Origin: Felis catus | Taxonomy: Eukaryota | NCBI RefSeq assembly: GCF_018350175.1 | Contig: NC_058376.1 | Coordinates: 60,512,001 to 60,576,000 of the forward strand | DNA: 64,000 bases | Reading direction: 5' to 3' | Part shown: positions 25,841-40,178 of the stretch, one piece after another | Layout: every line of letters begins with the position of its first letter | Position numbering within the stretch: position 1 is the first letter of the stretch | Made by a program: the position numbers and the translations under genes | The notes under the pieces: model-generated | What the model was told of the DNA's origin: nothing | Seen by the model: only the letters and a program-made list of their open reading frames with translations | The model's database searches: none

Positions 25841-26322
25841 CCATTTTAACTTTTACCATTTTAGTTTTGCTAAAGGCTAGGTTGTTTCATTTTAAATAAC
25901 ACCTTGTAGAGGACATCCACAGTGTAATCCAGGCTGCATTTCCACAAGCTCTGTGGGGATCTCCTTTCAGAAGCCCCGAGTGAGGTGAAGATCATCTACT
26001 TGGCCACTCTTCGGAAGAATCTAAATCTATTGTTAGAAAGGACACATTCCTGCAGACACCCTCTACTGAGGTACAAGTTTGTCTGCCATGCAGACTAGGA
26101 ACTGAGGTCCTATGAACTGAGGTCCACAGGACCACACAGAAAATGTAGCTTGTTGGAACCACAACAGCTCTATGATCTCTACTTTTCTGTGGTCTCCACC
26201 TCTTCTAGGAGGTGTTTCCATATGGTTAAGTTCCACTGGTGAATGCTGTGTTTTACCTATTCTGGAAAATATGTGTTTTATTTTCCAGATCTGTTCTGTT
26301 GCCAGTTAGCAGAAATACAATA

Positions 26323-27523
26323 CAGTAAAACCTTGGTTTGCGAGCATAATTCATTCCAGAAACATGCTTGTGATCCAAAGCACTTGTATATCAAAGCAAA
26401 TTTCCCTATAAGAAATAATGGAAACTCAGATGATTCGTTCCACAACGCAAAAATATTCATATAAAAACAATTACAATTCTGTAATATAATACAAAATAAT
26501 AAATAAAAATAAATAAATTAACTTACCTTTGAAAACCTTCCTGGCTGGTCTGAGGGAGACAAGAGAGAAGAGAGTTATTGTGCAGGATGACTTTCACTAT
26601 CACTAATGGAATTACTGCTATCTATTGGCTCAATGGAATCTTTTTCTTTCGTGCAACTTCAACATGGAACTTCTCCAATGACACTTACTTTTGTCTCCCT
26701 TTGAGGATTTCACAGAAATGTGACATTGTGTTGTTAAACAGACTTATCGCTCACACTGCTATAGCCTTATTCGGGTGGTGATTTCTATAAAAATTTGCAC
26801 TATTTCCCACATTTTCCACATCTCCCTAATCTCATTTGAAATAAGGGATTCCTCTGCCTTTTTCTCCTCCTCTTCTGTAGACAAGATGCAGACTTCTTAT
26901 AAAATCTGGCAATTTTGGCCACTTCGCATACCTCGTTTGTACTTCTCCATGATTTCCTTCTTAACTTCCACTGTAATCATCTCCTTCTTACCACCTTTCT
27001 TTTCAACCTATTGATGCATGGGGGGGCCATTGTATACCCTTGCACGATGCTGACTACAGTACAGTATTAATAAACTCTTGCCATATACTGTATTTAATGT
27101 AACTGGCAATAAGGCAGCAGAGGAAAGGGTCTCTACCTGCAGGCAGCCTGACCTAGATTGAAGCAAAGCATTCCTAAGCTGACTCTTGTATGGAAAAGCT
27201 AAGGACTGTCCATAGGCACTTTGAAGTGATCAAAAGTACACTAGGGCAAGTTGTGGGCACCTTCCAATGTTTTGAAAAATCACTGTTTTTTGCCAAACAC
27301 TGCAGCCTGAGACTGAGCATGGGAGACGATCACCCACAATCTCACAGAGAGAGAAAGAGAGAGGAGAACCATTGGCTCAGTTGTGATCATGGGACATTCA
27401 GTGTCACGTACTACTCATATTGCAAGACATCACTTGTTTATCAAGTTAAAATTTATTAGAAATGGTTTGCTCATCTTGTGGAACACTCACAGAACAAGTT
27501 ACTCGCAATCCAAGGTTTTACTG
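26323..27523 (-). mobile_element. TcMar-Tigger DNA transposon, internally deleted non-autonomous copy
   Basis: TIRs CAGTAAAACCTTGGTTTGCGAG / CTCGCAATCCAAGGTTTTACTG (21/22 match); TA on the left flank; the minus strand holds an HTH-like N-terminus (KKEMITVEVKKEIMEKYKRG) fused to a Tigger-like C-terminus (EIREMWKMWE..MSHFCEILKGRQK). Confidence 0.88.
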
Positions 27524-28967
27524 TGTTCCTGTCATTTCATCTTAGAATCTGACTCCTGAGTCCATCTGTAGTAGCAAATGATCCCAGTTCTGTCTCAAAG
27601 AAGACCGGGAGCGAGTTATTTCCACCTGGGAAGTCCTTGAGCATGTAGAACGCCCTTTGACTTCTTTCCCACTCAGCACAAGGTACTTCATGGGTTCATC
27701 AGTGCTGCTAAGCTTAGAGTCTTCAAATTTATCCTATGCAAATGTTCAGGCCAGGGTGATTGTCCTTCACTTGGTCAGATCCATTTACCATGGCTCTCTG
27801 CATAAAACATAGAGGAGGAGAAGGAGGAAGAGGAACTTATAGCATGAAAACATGTAGGACCTTGCTGTGGAGCCAAACCTCCTGTCCCCTTTTCACTCTG
27901 TGCTGGTAGAAAGGAGGGGAGCAGATGGGCCAGGAATAGGCCTGGGAAATGGAAGAGAACTAGAAGCCTCCCAGCCCTGCTCAGAACTTCTCTCTGGATG
28001 CTGCTGGCCCCACACCAGACTAGCTGGTGGGAAACCCACTCCAGGCAAACCCACAGATTTCTAGAATGCAGTGCAGTCCTACCCCTCGCATCACAGCAAG
28101 CCTGCCCAGCCACTCTTTAAATTCCTCAGTAAGGAGATGAGGAAGAGAAACTCCAAAAGCTGATGGGCCGGGGCTCTTAGCAACAAGATCTCCTGACCTG
28201 CAGGCAGGAAAATGAAAATCAAAACAGTGACTTTTAAAGAAACTGACAAGAGTGATATATTTCAATGCTGGCACATACTTTGCCTCCAGAAGCAAAATCC
28301 AATGGAAAGGAAAGGTCTTGAAATGTTTTTAGAGGTGAGTTAAAACAGCTTTAAGGGCTGGTGGTCTTTTGATTGCTCCCCTCCCCCAGCCCAGGCTCCC
28401 AGAGAAGGGAAGCCCCGTGGGAGATTCTCTATTTAAAGTAAAAGGAAGCAAAGAACTAAATCTCCCCAGGCACTTCTGGTGGCAAGCCAGATTCTAGAAA
28501 CTTTGTTAACTCAATTTCCTTCCTCCTGTAGAAAGGCCTCTTGAAGAACTCATCCTTTCCAGACTCACCTGTGATTTCTTCCTTCACCTCTTTGCCTGTT
28601 TCTTGCCCCTGCATGGCAAGTTTTTATTCCTTCTCTAAATGTTCAAGGCCCACCTAAAATGCCCTTCCTCTAAAAACGTGAATTCTCCTTGATTCTCCGT
28701 ATTAGGAATACATTCTCCTTTGTATCTCTCTAGTCCTTTATCCTTTATCTCATACCACTTTCACCTTCTGCCTGGTGATGAGGCTAATATTGTGCTCAGC
28801 CTGACTCTCCCCACAGACCACAAGCTCGCCAGACCGGAATTCCTGTTGAATTCATCTTTATATCTCCCAGAGTAGGAAACACTGTCCCTCGCATGTGGTC
28901 CTTGAGTGAATACATGTTTTGTCTAATTTGATTCCTTATATAACTCAGAAAAAAGGTGTTTTATACC

Positions 28968-29155
28968 CCTTTTTTATTGTGAAGTATAATCATCACACAG
29001 TCTCCTATCAGTTGTACATCATGGTGTTCATCGATCGGTTGTACATCATGGTGATTTGATACTTTTGTACATTATGAAATGATCCCCAGAAAAGTCTAGT
29101 TAACCATCTGTCACCATACAAAGCTATTACAGTATTACTGACTATATTCCCATGG
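28968..29155 (-). mobile_element. L1 3' end fragment
   Basis: Same type of sequence as 1665-1830 (aagtctagttaaccatctgtcaccatacaaag..ctgactatattccc). Confidence 0.75.
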
Positions 29156-30056
29156 CCCAAAGAAGAGAATGAAGTCTTACCAGTGCTTCCTGCTTCAAAC
29201 AAGATTAAGTCTAACAAACAACAAACAAAAATACCACAACAAAACTCAGGGAAGTGTAGCCATTGATTATCTGTTTGGGGAGCCAGCTTCCCCTTGTGTG
29301 GGAGTAGTCCACTTCCAAGGCAGCAGGTTGTTACACCTGCCACCTTGAGGACCAGCTCCTCCTCCTTTCCTTCTGTGGGGAGTTGCCCGTGGGAAACGGA
29401 TCTACTGCCATGAGCTGAACACCTGCCTCTCACATGCCCAGTGGACTCTGAAGTCCCTTCCCATGGTGGTTACTGTGGGGAAGGATGAATTTCTGTTTTC
29501 TTCAGAAAATATCCTTTCTGACTAGAGGTTTCCCATGTGCTTCTTGTCTGTTCTACTTGTCTACCATTTGCTGACAGGTTGCCCAACTCCTCAATTATTC
29601 ATATGCATATATATAAATAAATAAATACTTATTTATTTCTTCTTTGGCATGTTTCCCATTACCAGGCCGACGTTAGATCCTTCACAGGTTGTTATGAGAT
29701 ATCAAAGTCTCCCTCAGTAATATCCCACTAGAAACATTCAGGACTAGGAAACCGAGAGAAAACCTTGCTGTTTTTCTGTCTAGGAGAGTTTGACAACTCA
29801 AAATGTGAAGGCCAAGGTTTGAGATAGAATTGACTTGTTGGATAACCTTAGGAAATTCACTTCACCATTCAGTTCCTTCATTTGGAAAACGAAGGATGAG
29901 CTTTGATAATCTGGACCTATGAGTTTTCCTCTCACCACTTTAAGACTATCTCAGTCTTCAGTGAGACTATGGGATATGGGGCATATGGATCCAAGTGTGA
30001 AAAAAACTACATAAATCTCAGAATAGGGAGGGTATATTAAAGAGAAAATGTGATCA

Positions 30057-30270
30057 GGGGCACCTGGGTGGCTCAGTCGGTTAAGCGTCCGACTTCAGCT
30101 CAGGTCATGATCTTGCAGTTCGTATGGTTGAGCCCCGCATGGGCTCTGTGCTGACAGCTCAGAGCCTGGAGACTGCTTCAGATTTTGCGTCTCCCTCCCT
30201 CTCTTGTGCCTCCCCAACTTGTGCTTTGTCTCTCTCTCTCTCTCAAAAATGAATAATCATTAAAAAAAAA
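30057..30270 (+). mobile_element. Can-SINE (SINEC_Fc-like)
   Basis: ggggcacctgggtggctcagtcggttaagcgtccgacttcagc; TSD aagagaaaatg. Confidence 0.92.
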
Positions 30271-33019
30271 GAGAAAATGCCATCAGAAGCAGATTCATGA
30301 ATTTGTAAAATCATAATTGCATGTATAACTCCAATTTGTAATTTAAAGGGCAAATATCACATGGACCACTGTGTTCTGTTTTAATTCAATATAACTCAGG
30401 ATTCCCACCTCAAAGCTCTCAAAGTCCTTTGCCAAAAAGTCTGATCCAGTCTTGGCTATCTCTAAGTGTTGGATGGATGACCATTCCACCTCTAAGAACT
30501 CATTAACTAACTCCTCCCATGCGTGTCCTTCCCAGCCTGCCACCCCCAGCCATAAGATTGGACTAAGATGAGGAAGGAAGGATCCTGAATACAGTCTTTA
30601 CTAAAGCCTAACTAGGGGACCTCCCAAACCATGCTTTCCCAGTCTTGGCTGCCTTAGCCATTATCCGTGGCTGCTTCTTGTTTTCTTATCCTTCCAAAGG
30701 CTGATCCATAGAGTTGCCCAAAGCTGCCAACTTGAATTCAGTCCCTTCTATCAGTGACTGAATAGGTGTGGCTGTTACTGTTTGAGACCTTCAACTCTCC
30801 TGAAGATTTTTTGGCTTCCCTTCCACAATGGGAGTGAATGGAGCTCATCTGGGAATGTTCTAGAAATGTTTTGATCTTTGGTAGAAGTAGGACTGGTTGC
30901 TGTGGTACTGCTCTCTGGAATTAGCCTGATGCAAGGTAGCCTGATTTATTCCAGCCCACTGTCTCTCCAGACTCTTCATTAAAAAAATGCCCAGTTTTGT
31001 AGGTTTTTTTTTTTTATTATGCCCACAGTTTGAAACTCTCCCCTCAGCAATGATAGGGGGTAGCTCCTCATCACTCCCATATTCAGAGTACATTCCAGAA
31101 CCCCTCTACAACATTCTCCATAATAGAAGAGTATACATCCTTCAAAATACCCAACTGGTTTGGTCCCTAAATATTTCTCAAAGAGCCTCTTTGATTTATT
31201 CATTAAAGCTTAATAGATGGACTGTGGTTCTGGCCAAGATAGAACAGCTCCATTTCTCACTAGTCTTCCCTCTTACAACTAAAAAGTTCCTGATATAACA
31301 AACACAGAGACTCTGAAAGGTAAATGGAACAGATGTATTGCCTTGAAACTCAAGACTTGAGAAATGATACAATGGTGAGCTTCCTGGGTTTGTTTGTTTG
31401 ATTTTGCCTCTATAGCCCAGACTTCAGGATGCTGAAGTCTTCAACCTGAAACCTACAACAGGTAACAAAACAAAACAAAAACAACAAACAAACAGATAAA
31501 ATCCAAGAAAAATTTTCTCTCTCTAGTCAAAAGAGCAGCCTAGTAGAACAGAAAATCTTTTTGGTACTACCTGGCTTACTCCAGCTAATGAATAGCCAGT
31601 ATACTGGAAAAAGAACAATCAATTTGTGGTGGCAGATGTATAAAGTACAAGAGTGAATGAAGACACATAGACAGGTCTTCATGAAGATGCAAGCAGGGCC
31701 AACACATGTCAGAGAGCTTGAGTGGTAGATGAAGTACTATTGCTGAAATTCTTTGGACTCTATTTTTTAGATAAATTTAGAGGCACTACAGACATGATTT
31801 AAGGAGATAACAACGGGTTCATATTTATTTAAGTTTTAGGTGCATTGTGTCAAGGGCTAACAGGAGGCAACTGAAGTATTCCATGTGAGAGATGATGAAA
31901 GCTTCCATTTTGGCAAGGACATTGGAGATGTGGAGGTGAGGGAAGATTCCAAAAATTTAAGGATTTGGTAATTGGATGTTAGGGTGGTGGTAAAGAAAAA
32001 TTAGGTGTCAAGAATGACTTTTAGGATTCTAACTTGGATGACTGTGTAGATGGATGCCATCAACTGAGATAGAGAGTATAGAAATGAGTGTGTTGGAAGT
32101 GGAAATGTTGAGTTCAGTTTTGAACATGGTGAGTTTTCAGTACCTGTGGGTCACCCAGGTAGAGAATTCTCCCCATATCATCAGTTGTTCAGGTGTGAAG
32201 GGGGTCTTACAGTAGGGAGGAGAATAGATCCTTGTTTTTATTTAAAGTCTTCTCTCTCACCAGGATCCAGGACCCAGGATCTAGATTATGACTAAGGGTT
32301 GGGAGCTAGGATGGGTCCAAGTGACACATTCCATTCAGGAACTGACAGGAGCAGAGATTCTGAGAACTGAGGCTTTGTTCCTAAATCAGACTACCAGTGA
32401 CTCATGCTGTCTTTTCATGCAGAGTCTTGTTTCTTGGGATTTCTGGTTTTTTAGCAAATTTTCCAGTCTTTCCTGGGAGGTCTGCCCATCTGGGTCAGAC
32501 ATACCCACATTCCAATTTTTACAATACAAAGAAGGGGTTGAGATGGGAGCAGGGCAAGAGGCATACAAGATAGAAAATTGATAGCTCTGAGACACAGGGG
32601 TGAGAGTGATGAGCCTGGTAAAATAGCTCAAAAAGGGAAACAGAGGGCATCACAAAATATCTTCCCGGCATGATGAAGAGATAGGGTGGGCATGGAGACT
32701 ATAGAAAGTCAGGACTTCCTATGACCTGGCATAGCAGCCAAGTTAGTGAACAAGGATCCACTATGCCAAAGTTGGAGTGTTTGGATCATTAGGAAAGATT
32801 CTGAAGAATTAATGAGGTCAGATGGCAGATGGGGCCTGAAAGGGACCATTTGGTTCTTATAAACCAGAGCCACCTTCATCGGCCCTCAAGAAACAGAGGG
32901 GAACTCATGGGACTAAGAATAACTAGTGTTTATAGAGCTCTTTTCATTTGAGTCAAGATGACTGAGTGGTACGAAACTTTGTAGATGATAAGGCTGAACT
33001 GTAAATAGCTTACAGTAAC

Positions 33020-34285
33020 TTAAAAAATGGCCCAACATTCTTTGAGACTACTTTCCATTGAGAGGTGGGGTCCATGTCCCCTCCTCTCAAATCTGAGCAG
33101 GTTTGTGATTATTTTGACCAACAGAGAATGGCAGAGGTGGAACTCCGTGACTTTTAAGTCTAGGTCATAAGTTCTCTTGAGGTATGCGTAGCATCCATGT
33201 AAAATATCTGACCAACCCAAGATGGCCAGGATGAAGATGCCATATGAAGGTTCTCTGGTCAACAGGCACAGCTGAACTCAGCCTTCCAGCCATCCCCACC
33301 AAGGCACCAGACATGCTATTGAAGCCATTTTGGATCCTCCAGACCATCCCATCTGCAAACTGAGTTCTAATGAATGACATCAATGAATGCACTAGAAGCA
33401 AAAAACTTACTGTTATGGCCCAAATTGTATCCCCCACCAAATTCATATATTGAAATCCTGACCACCAATACTTCAGAATGTTCCTAAGAGTGTGACTGTA
33501 TTTGGAGATAGGGTCTTTAGAGTGGAGATTAAGTTAAAATGACGTTGCATGAGTGGGCCAGAATCCAATATGACTGGGGTCCTTCTAAGAAGAAATTAGG
33601 ATACAGAAACACATAGAGGGAAGACTACGTGAAGGCATATGGAGAAGATGGCCATCTACAAGGCAGAGAGAATATTTTCCACAGCCAATTTACTGATGTA
33701 GTAGGTGTTTATTTAGTGATTCATGAATTAGGCAGCATCCATTCTAGAAGTTAGAAAGGAGCTCCAAAGCGAGAGGATTTTTAAAAACCAGAGTGAGCAA
33801 GAACAAGGATGTTATACTGGGCATTTGCTGACTGGTTGAAGCATAGTTAATTTTCTTATGTGGAGCAAAGAAAGTCTTTGAGGCAGGTCAGGTAACTCGT
33901 GGGGATTGGTTGATCCAGGCCTTCTTTTTTCTGGGAAAGCCTAACATAGAAACTTAGTTAAGTTTTGGTTTGCTGACATGTGGGTTAGCATGAGTGACTC
34001 CATCTTGGATATACTCTCATTACTTTAATAGGCCTCAGAAAATCAACCCTGCCTGGCAACACCTTAGTCTTAGACTTCAGAATCGTGAAGGTATTAATTT
34101 CTGTTGTTTAAACCACCCACTCTGTGGTACTTTTTTATGGCAGCCTGAGAAAACTAAAATATTCATACAACTAAAATACGAATGTCTCACCTTATAGAAA
34201 TTGTGAAAGATACTTAAATGGCTACTGTTTTAAGTCACTGAGTTTTTAGGTAGTATGTTACACAGCAGTGGGAATAGGAACAAGT
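33020..34285. mobile_element. Nested LTRs: old MLT1 (33020-33410, 34165-34285) > MLT1A/B-like (33411-33670, 34031-34163) > ERV-type LTR (~33680-34030)
   Basis: MaLR motifs (gtgactgtatttggagatagggtcttta; aatttctgttgtttaaaccaccca; ttttaagtcactgagttt) split by unrelated LTR-like sequence. Confidence 0.65.
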
Positions 34286-34959
34286 TTGGACTTCTCAAGT
34301 TCCTCTTCCTCTTAGGGATATCTAGTTTCTAACTGCATTGTCAGTTTAGGATGGATCACAGTGAGTAACCTTGAAGAATTGAAGCTACCAGAGAGAGAGA
34401 GAGAGAGAGAGGATGCTGTGAAAGGCCAGAGCTCAGACTTACAGCTTTTATGACACTGGAGAACCAGAAACTTATAAACAGAGGTTTGAAAATATTTTCT
34501 CATTAGTCTGAGAAAAATGGAAAGAAACTGTATGCAGAATGCAGCTTCATATAGTCATTCTATGGCTATGTCATTTGGTCAGGTGGGATTCCTTGGGAGA
34601 GAGAATTACAGTACCAGATTGCAGGCCGAGGGCCCCGTCTGACCTAGATTCTGATTTTTTAAAAGAGTGATTATAGCTCTGGAGGCAGGGGTTAGGTCTC
34701 ATGGCCCCCACCAGGAAGTACTTTTCTTAGCCGTGGGGGATATTACATTACAGCTAATTACAGGCTGTCTGCTAAGATTTTCTAATTACTTCACTTACAT
34801 TAGTCTTCCTTTCCTAAGGATCCTGTCAGCTTTTGGAAAGCATCTTGAGGACAGGGGCACACGTCTCTGGGTTTTCTACCCCATGCTGTGCCCTCTTCAG
34901 TACCAGCCACCCCAAAGACATCAGCTAGCAGAGGTAGACAGTAGAAGATGAGTCACTGT

Positions 34960-35170
34960 ACGCATGGGCTCTGGGGTCAGCCTGGTTGGGTTCAAATCCG
35001 AATTGTACTTCTTATTAGCTTTGTGACCTGGGGAAAATTGGCTAACTTCTCCAAACCTGTTTCCTCGTCTGCAGAATGGGAATACTAACAGTACCTACCT
35101 TACTTATCATGCAGTTGGAAGTGTGCCTGTACTTCAGTAAATGAAGTAAATGCTTTATTCACATTAGTAA
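34960..35170 (+). mobile_element. MIR
   Basis: gggttcaaatcc..tgtgacctgggg..ctgtttcctcgtctgcagaatgggaata. Confidence 0.7.
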
Positions 35171-38100
35171 GTTCTCACATTAATATATATATATATACTT
35201 CCATTTGGTTCTAAAAGTTCAAGAGCTTCTACCTACTCACTGCTGTCAGGTTTGGGGTTTTGCATGCAAGGAGGGGAGCAGACAGGCAGAAATGGTTGCA
35301 GCTAAAGAGCATGGGTTTGGGAAAGATCTAAACCCCAGCTTCCCTCTCTCTATAGGCTGGGTAAATTTGCTTAAGCCCATCTCTTTGACATCAGGCCACA
35401 TGGCAAGGATTTCCAAGGCCTGGCTGTCACCACTTCTCTCACCTACTACTCTTACCTCCTAGTGGACAAATCCCAGGTGGCCATCTGCTCCTGTGTCAGA
35501 CCAGAGGCCCCCACCAAAGCCAGAAGGACTGAATATCTACCCCTGCCATAGCTGGGGTTTGAGAAATTAAAAGGGACCATGTTAATTAGAAAATGCTTAA
35601 TTAGGAAACCAGTTCCCTAGAAGAAAGGGAATTAATTGAAAAATAGACCTTAATCAAAAAGTTTTGGGCACAAAAATCCAGTGTGGGATCTGGTTTGTAC
35701 TGGCTTGCGGACATGATTGTGTACTTTTCAAAGTTCATGTTCAGTGACATCATGTTGGCAATTTGAAATCACCATGGTGGGTGTATTTACACCACTGACA
35801 TTGATAAAGCCTACAAACTTGGGACTTTTTTTCTGGGAGAACTGTTGTTCATCATGTACTACCACACAACTGCAAAAATCTAACTTGTATTCCAGTCAGA
35901 GGGCTCACTTGTGTCTGGGTCTAGAAACTTGTAGAATCACAGCCCTTGCAATGTCTCAATTCCTTCAAAGCTGATGTCTGCAACATAAGTTGCAAAGATG
36001 AGTCATTGGGGTACTTAAAGAAGATATCACATTTGTTATTTAAATATTTTTACATAATATCTAACTTTTTCTATTCTCACGTTCTGTTTTATAATGTATA
36101 AAATATGTTACTACAGCCCTATGTTTATATACTTCATATACATAAACATTAGGGAAGTCATTGCTTAATATTTTTTTAACTGATGGTATATAAAATTAAA
36201 AGGAAAAATGTGGAGAGCATTGTTTTAGGGTAAAAGAAAAGAGAATTGGTTCTAAGAAATTCAGACAGGATGATGTAGGAGTAGCGTGTGTATGTCGGCG
36301 TGGTAGTAGGGACATGAGATGTTAGAGGTGAAGATAAAAAGTAGAAAAGGTGGCCTCATTGCTATTTTAGGGTAGGGTATGTTCATTGACATGCAAGAAG
36401 GAAGGTGGGCCACTGCAGTGATCAAGGCAGTGAGGCAGGCTGCTCCTGGATCTGGGAGGAGGATTTCACAACCTGGAGGGTTGGTTACAGTGACTGCTGG
36501 CCCCACCCCCCAAGAGATTAGGATTCAGCTGGGTGGTGATGGGGCCTGAGAATTTGCATTTCTTCCAAGTTTTAAGCCATGTGATGCTGCTGGTCTAGGG
36601 TTACACTTTGAAAACAAGTGATTTAAAGATGAGTTTTCTCTTTTGAAGATAAAAGGGATATTGCTGATGGCAATCCATAGGACCTAGAGGGCAGAATAGG
36701 GGAGTTTGGAGTGGAGTAGGCAGGAAGGGTGGGAAATTGGGTCAGATTAAAACCTTAAAGGAAGAAGAGTCCAAGTGGCAAGCATTGACCTAGGAGCCTT
36801 CGACTTCTGGTGCTGGCTAAGACAAGCAGGGATATAAACCATGCTGGGCTTAGCCCTGTGTGCAATCTCCTTGTTGGCAGAGAGCTAAATTGAGAGAGCT
36901 AAATTGAGCTCTGAAGACCACACCTTAATTTTGACTATTTCTTCCTATCTTGGCAGAATTCTACATGCTGTTGGTTATTCATTCCTCAGATCATGTCTCA
37001 CCTTTCTTATGAAGTCTTCTCAGACACTCTGGAAAGGGAGTGTCAATTCTATAAGTCCAAGAGAATGTGTGTCTGTTTTGAGGCAGGACTATGAGTGCCA
37101 CAGTCTGACACGTCCACTCGCCCTCCAGCCCCACAGGAGACATGGTGTCCCCAATACTTTTAGAGGAGCATCAAGCCATTTGTGCTTACCACTTGACCTG
37201 CTCGGCCAAGGGGGCAGGCTATGCACATCAACCTTGTGAGATCAGGTGGGGATTTATGAATCAATGTTCCCCACCTTTACCGAGACTTTGGTCATACCTT
37301 CCCTTGAGCTATGACACCATTCACATCTATAATGTTTTGTTTTTCACAGCGTATGTTTATAAACATTCAGTCTAAGCATGCCCAAGCGTCCCATCATATT
37401 TCTGAAGTGTTGCCTAGGAGCACACGAATCTGGGTATGTGAATTAACACTGTCATCGCGACTCTGTCCAGGCATTGGCTGCATGCCAACACTTGTTACTG
37501 CTTCTGCATGTGCCTTCATATTATTAAGCTATATCTCCTTGCTCTAAGATTAGATATCCATACTTCAGCCGCACAACTACGGCTTTCTTTTCTTACCTAA
37601 CACAAATGACTATCCTATAAATCTACCTTTGCTTGTCTCTGCCAATCGTTCGCACATATAGCCTACCTTATATTTTATGGTGTTTTTGTTTGGGCCTAAA
37701 ACTTTCTACTTGGATTGTGAACTCCTTGAATAACCTTTTTCTTCTTTGTATCAACTATAATGCCTACCACAGCAGTTTTGCAAAGTAAGTGCTCAATATT
37801 TGTTGATTGATTGACATGAAAAAATGTGTTAGGGCTGCTAGATTTGTTATGACAGAGAATCAAGCAGCCTTAGCTCAGACTAGGAACTGCCTACCCAATA
37901 TGAGGAATGTGGCTAAATACTGAAAAGCTCTAGTTATTATGACATTTTAAATTAATTGTGTATTTCCAACTGTATTTTTCCGTTTTATGCATAATTATTA
38001 TTATGCTAAATGGTATTTATACTTAAATGTTTAGTAGTTAATGTAAGCGACTGAAATTAGTAATGTCTCACGGTCAAACCAAATTCATTTTTAATTATTC

Positions 38101-38832
38101 TCTTCTCACAGCCTTTCTATTGACAATTCCACCAATGCAATGCACCCTTGAATTCTAATCACCCTGTACCATGTTCAGGTGGGTTAAAAGACAGAGGCCC
38201 CAAGTTCAGTCCTGAAATAGGTAGGGGCCTCCTTGTAAGGGGTCTCCCCTCCCTCTGCAGCACTGGCTCTTTGACCTTGGGCTTCCCCATCCTGACTGTG
38301 CATCCTGCCTGCTGCCTTCCTCTCCCTGCTGTTTCCTTTCCTTTAATTTTGACTTTTTACTATGAATTTTGAGTTTCTAGACAAGTAGAATGATAACGCT
38401 TAATACCCATATTCCTATCACCTAAATTAAGCAGTCAACATTGTGCACCTTTTCTTTATTATTTTTTTAGGGATTTAAAAATCACAGACATTATGGCATT
38501 TCACACTTAAAAGCCTCAGTGGGAATCTCCCCAGACTTTTCCTGTGTAGCCAGTGTCATTATCGCACCATAGTAGTTTGTTAGGGCTGGNNNNNNNNNNN
38601 NNNNNNNNNNNNNNNNNNNNNNNNNNNNNNNNNNNNNNNNNNNNNNNNNNNNNNNNNNNNNNNNNNNNNNNNNNNNNNNNNNNNNNNNNNNNNNNNNNNN
38701 NNNNNNNNNNNNNNNNNNNNNNNNNNNNNNNNNNNNNNNNAGAATATAAACATTTGGTTAAATATACGATTTAAAAGAATATATTACATATATTGATTCA
38801 AGAATTCATTCATTCAAGAATATATATATTTA

Positions 38833-39056
38833 GGGGCGCCTGGGTGGCGCAGTCGGTTAAGCGTCCGACTTCAGCCAGGTCACGATCTCGCGGTCCGTGA
38901 GTTCGAGCCCCGCGTCAGGCTCTGGGCTGATGGCTTGGAGCCTGGAGCCTGTTTTCGATTCTGTGTCTCCCTCTCTCTCTGCCCCTCCCCTGTTCATGCT
39001 CTGTCTCTCTCTGTCCCAAAAATAAATAAACGTTGAAAAAAAATTAAAAAAAAAAA
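38833..39056 (+). mobile_element. Young SINEC_Fc
   Basis: CpG-rich, near-consensus felid SINE; TSD aagaatatatatattta. Confidence 0.95.
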
Positions 39057-39965
39057 AGAATATATATATTTATATGTTATGTATATACATAAATCATGAT
39101 TTAAAATCAATTGTATTTATAGTTCAAATTCAAATTTAATATTACAGGGGTTTATTTAATTATTTGAATGTATACTTCTATTTCCTCTTATGCTGAAAAG
39201 TTTGGTTTCTAACAACATTAATATAATTACCTATTTGTTATATTGTTTTTTCAAAATAATGAGAAAACTGAATGACTGGAATATATTTGTTTATCCTAGA
39301 ATATATCCCACTAAGGAAACACAAAGTGCTAAGTTTTAAACTCAGTTAACTGTTTTCTCTGTGTAGTTATGCTGTTCATTTTAGATGCAATTAGATTAAT
39401 TTGTTTCTTTATTCCTTCAATTTTAGGGATGGCCTTTCTTTCACTATTGTTTTATATAATATGTATTTTTAGATATGTAAAACATTGACACCCTATAAAT
39501 TAAATGCTATACCCAAAGAAGTTTCTCTTCCATCCCAATCCCCCCTCTATCCCGTCCCTCTTCTGCCATCTAACATTAACTAATTTAAAACATTGAGTTC
39601 TGATTAATTCTTAACAGTGTTCCTTATTACAAACATAGGCAAAATTGTGCTCATATTCTCATTCCCCTTTACCCCTTCCCATGAGGTTTGCATATTATAC
39701 ACATTTTTGGGCACCATACCTTTTCATTTAAGTCTTCTGGAGATCACCCCATGTTAATATATCAAGATTACTCTCATTCTCTTCATGGTTGCCCAGTTAT
39801 GCCTCACATGAGGGTGCCAGAGTTTATTCAATAAGGAACTGGGTGTCACAGTTTATTCAACAAGATTGATAGACATTTGAGTCATTTCATGTTTTTTTTT
39901 TTTGCTAGTACACGTAATGCCTCAACGAGTAATGTTTTGCATATGTCATTTCACATTTGTTTTTC

Positions 39966-40178
39966 TAAAATTATTTTAATGTTTATTTATTTTTGAGAAA
40001 GAGAGACAGAGACGAATATGGGGGAGGGGCAGAGAGAGAGGGAGACACAGAATCTGAAGCAGCTCTAGGTTCGGAGCTGTCAGCACAGAGCCCAAGGTGG
40101 GGCTCGAACTCACGAACTGTGAGACCATGACCTGAGCTGAAGTCAGACACTTAACTGACTGAACCACCCAGGAGCCCC
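39966..40178 (-). mobile_element. Can-SINE (SINEC_Fc-like)
   Basis: Reverse SINEC body; TSD tgtcatttca(c/t)atttgt. Confidence 0.92.

Noticed and set aside
23290-31240. Scattered possible ancient ERV/Gypsy internal fragments (also 16440-17190)
   Set aside because: Too degenerate to assign a family or boundaries without a profile search
36881-36910. Small local duplications (agagctaaattgag x2; also near 11061, 26100, 29011)
   Set aside because: Ordinary slippage duplications with no evident function
38833-38920. tRNA-like A/B boxes
   Set aside because: SINE heads, not tRNA genes
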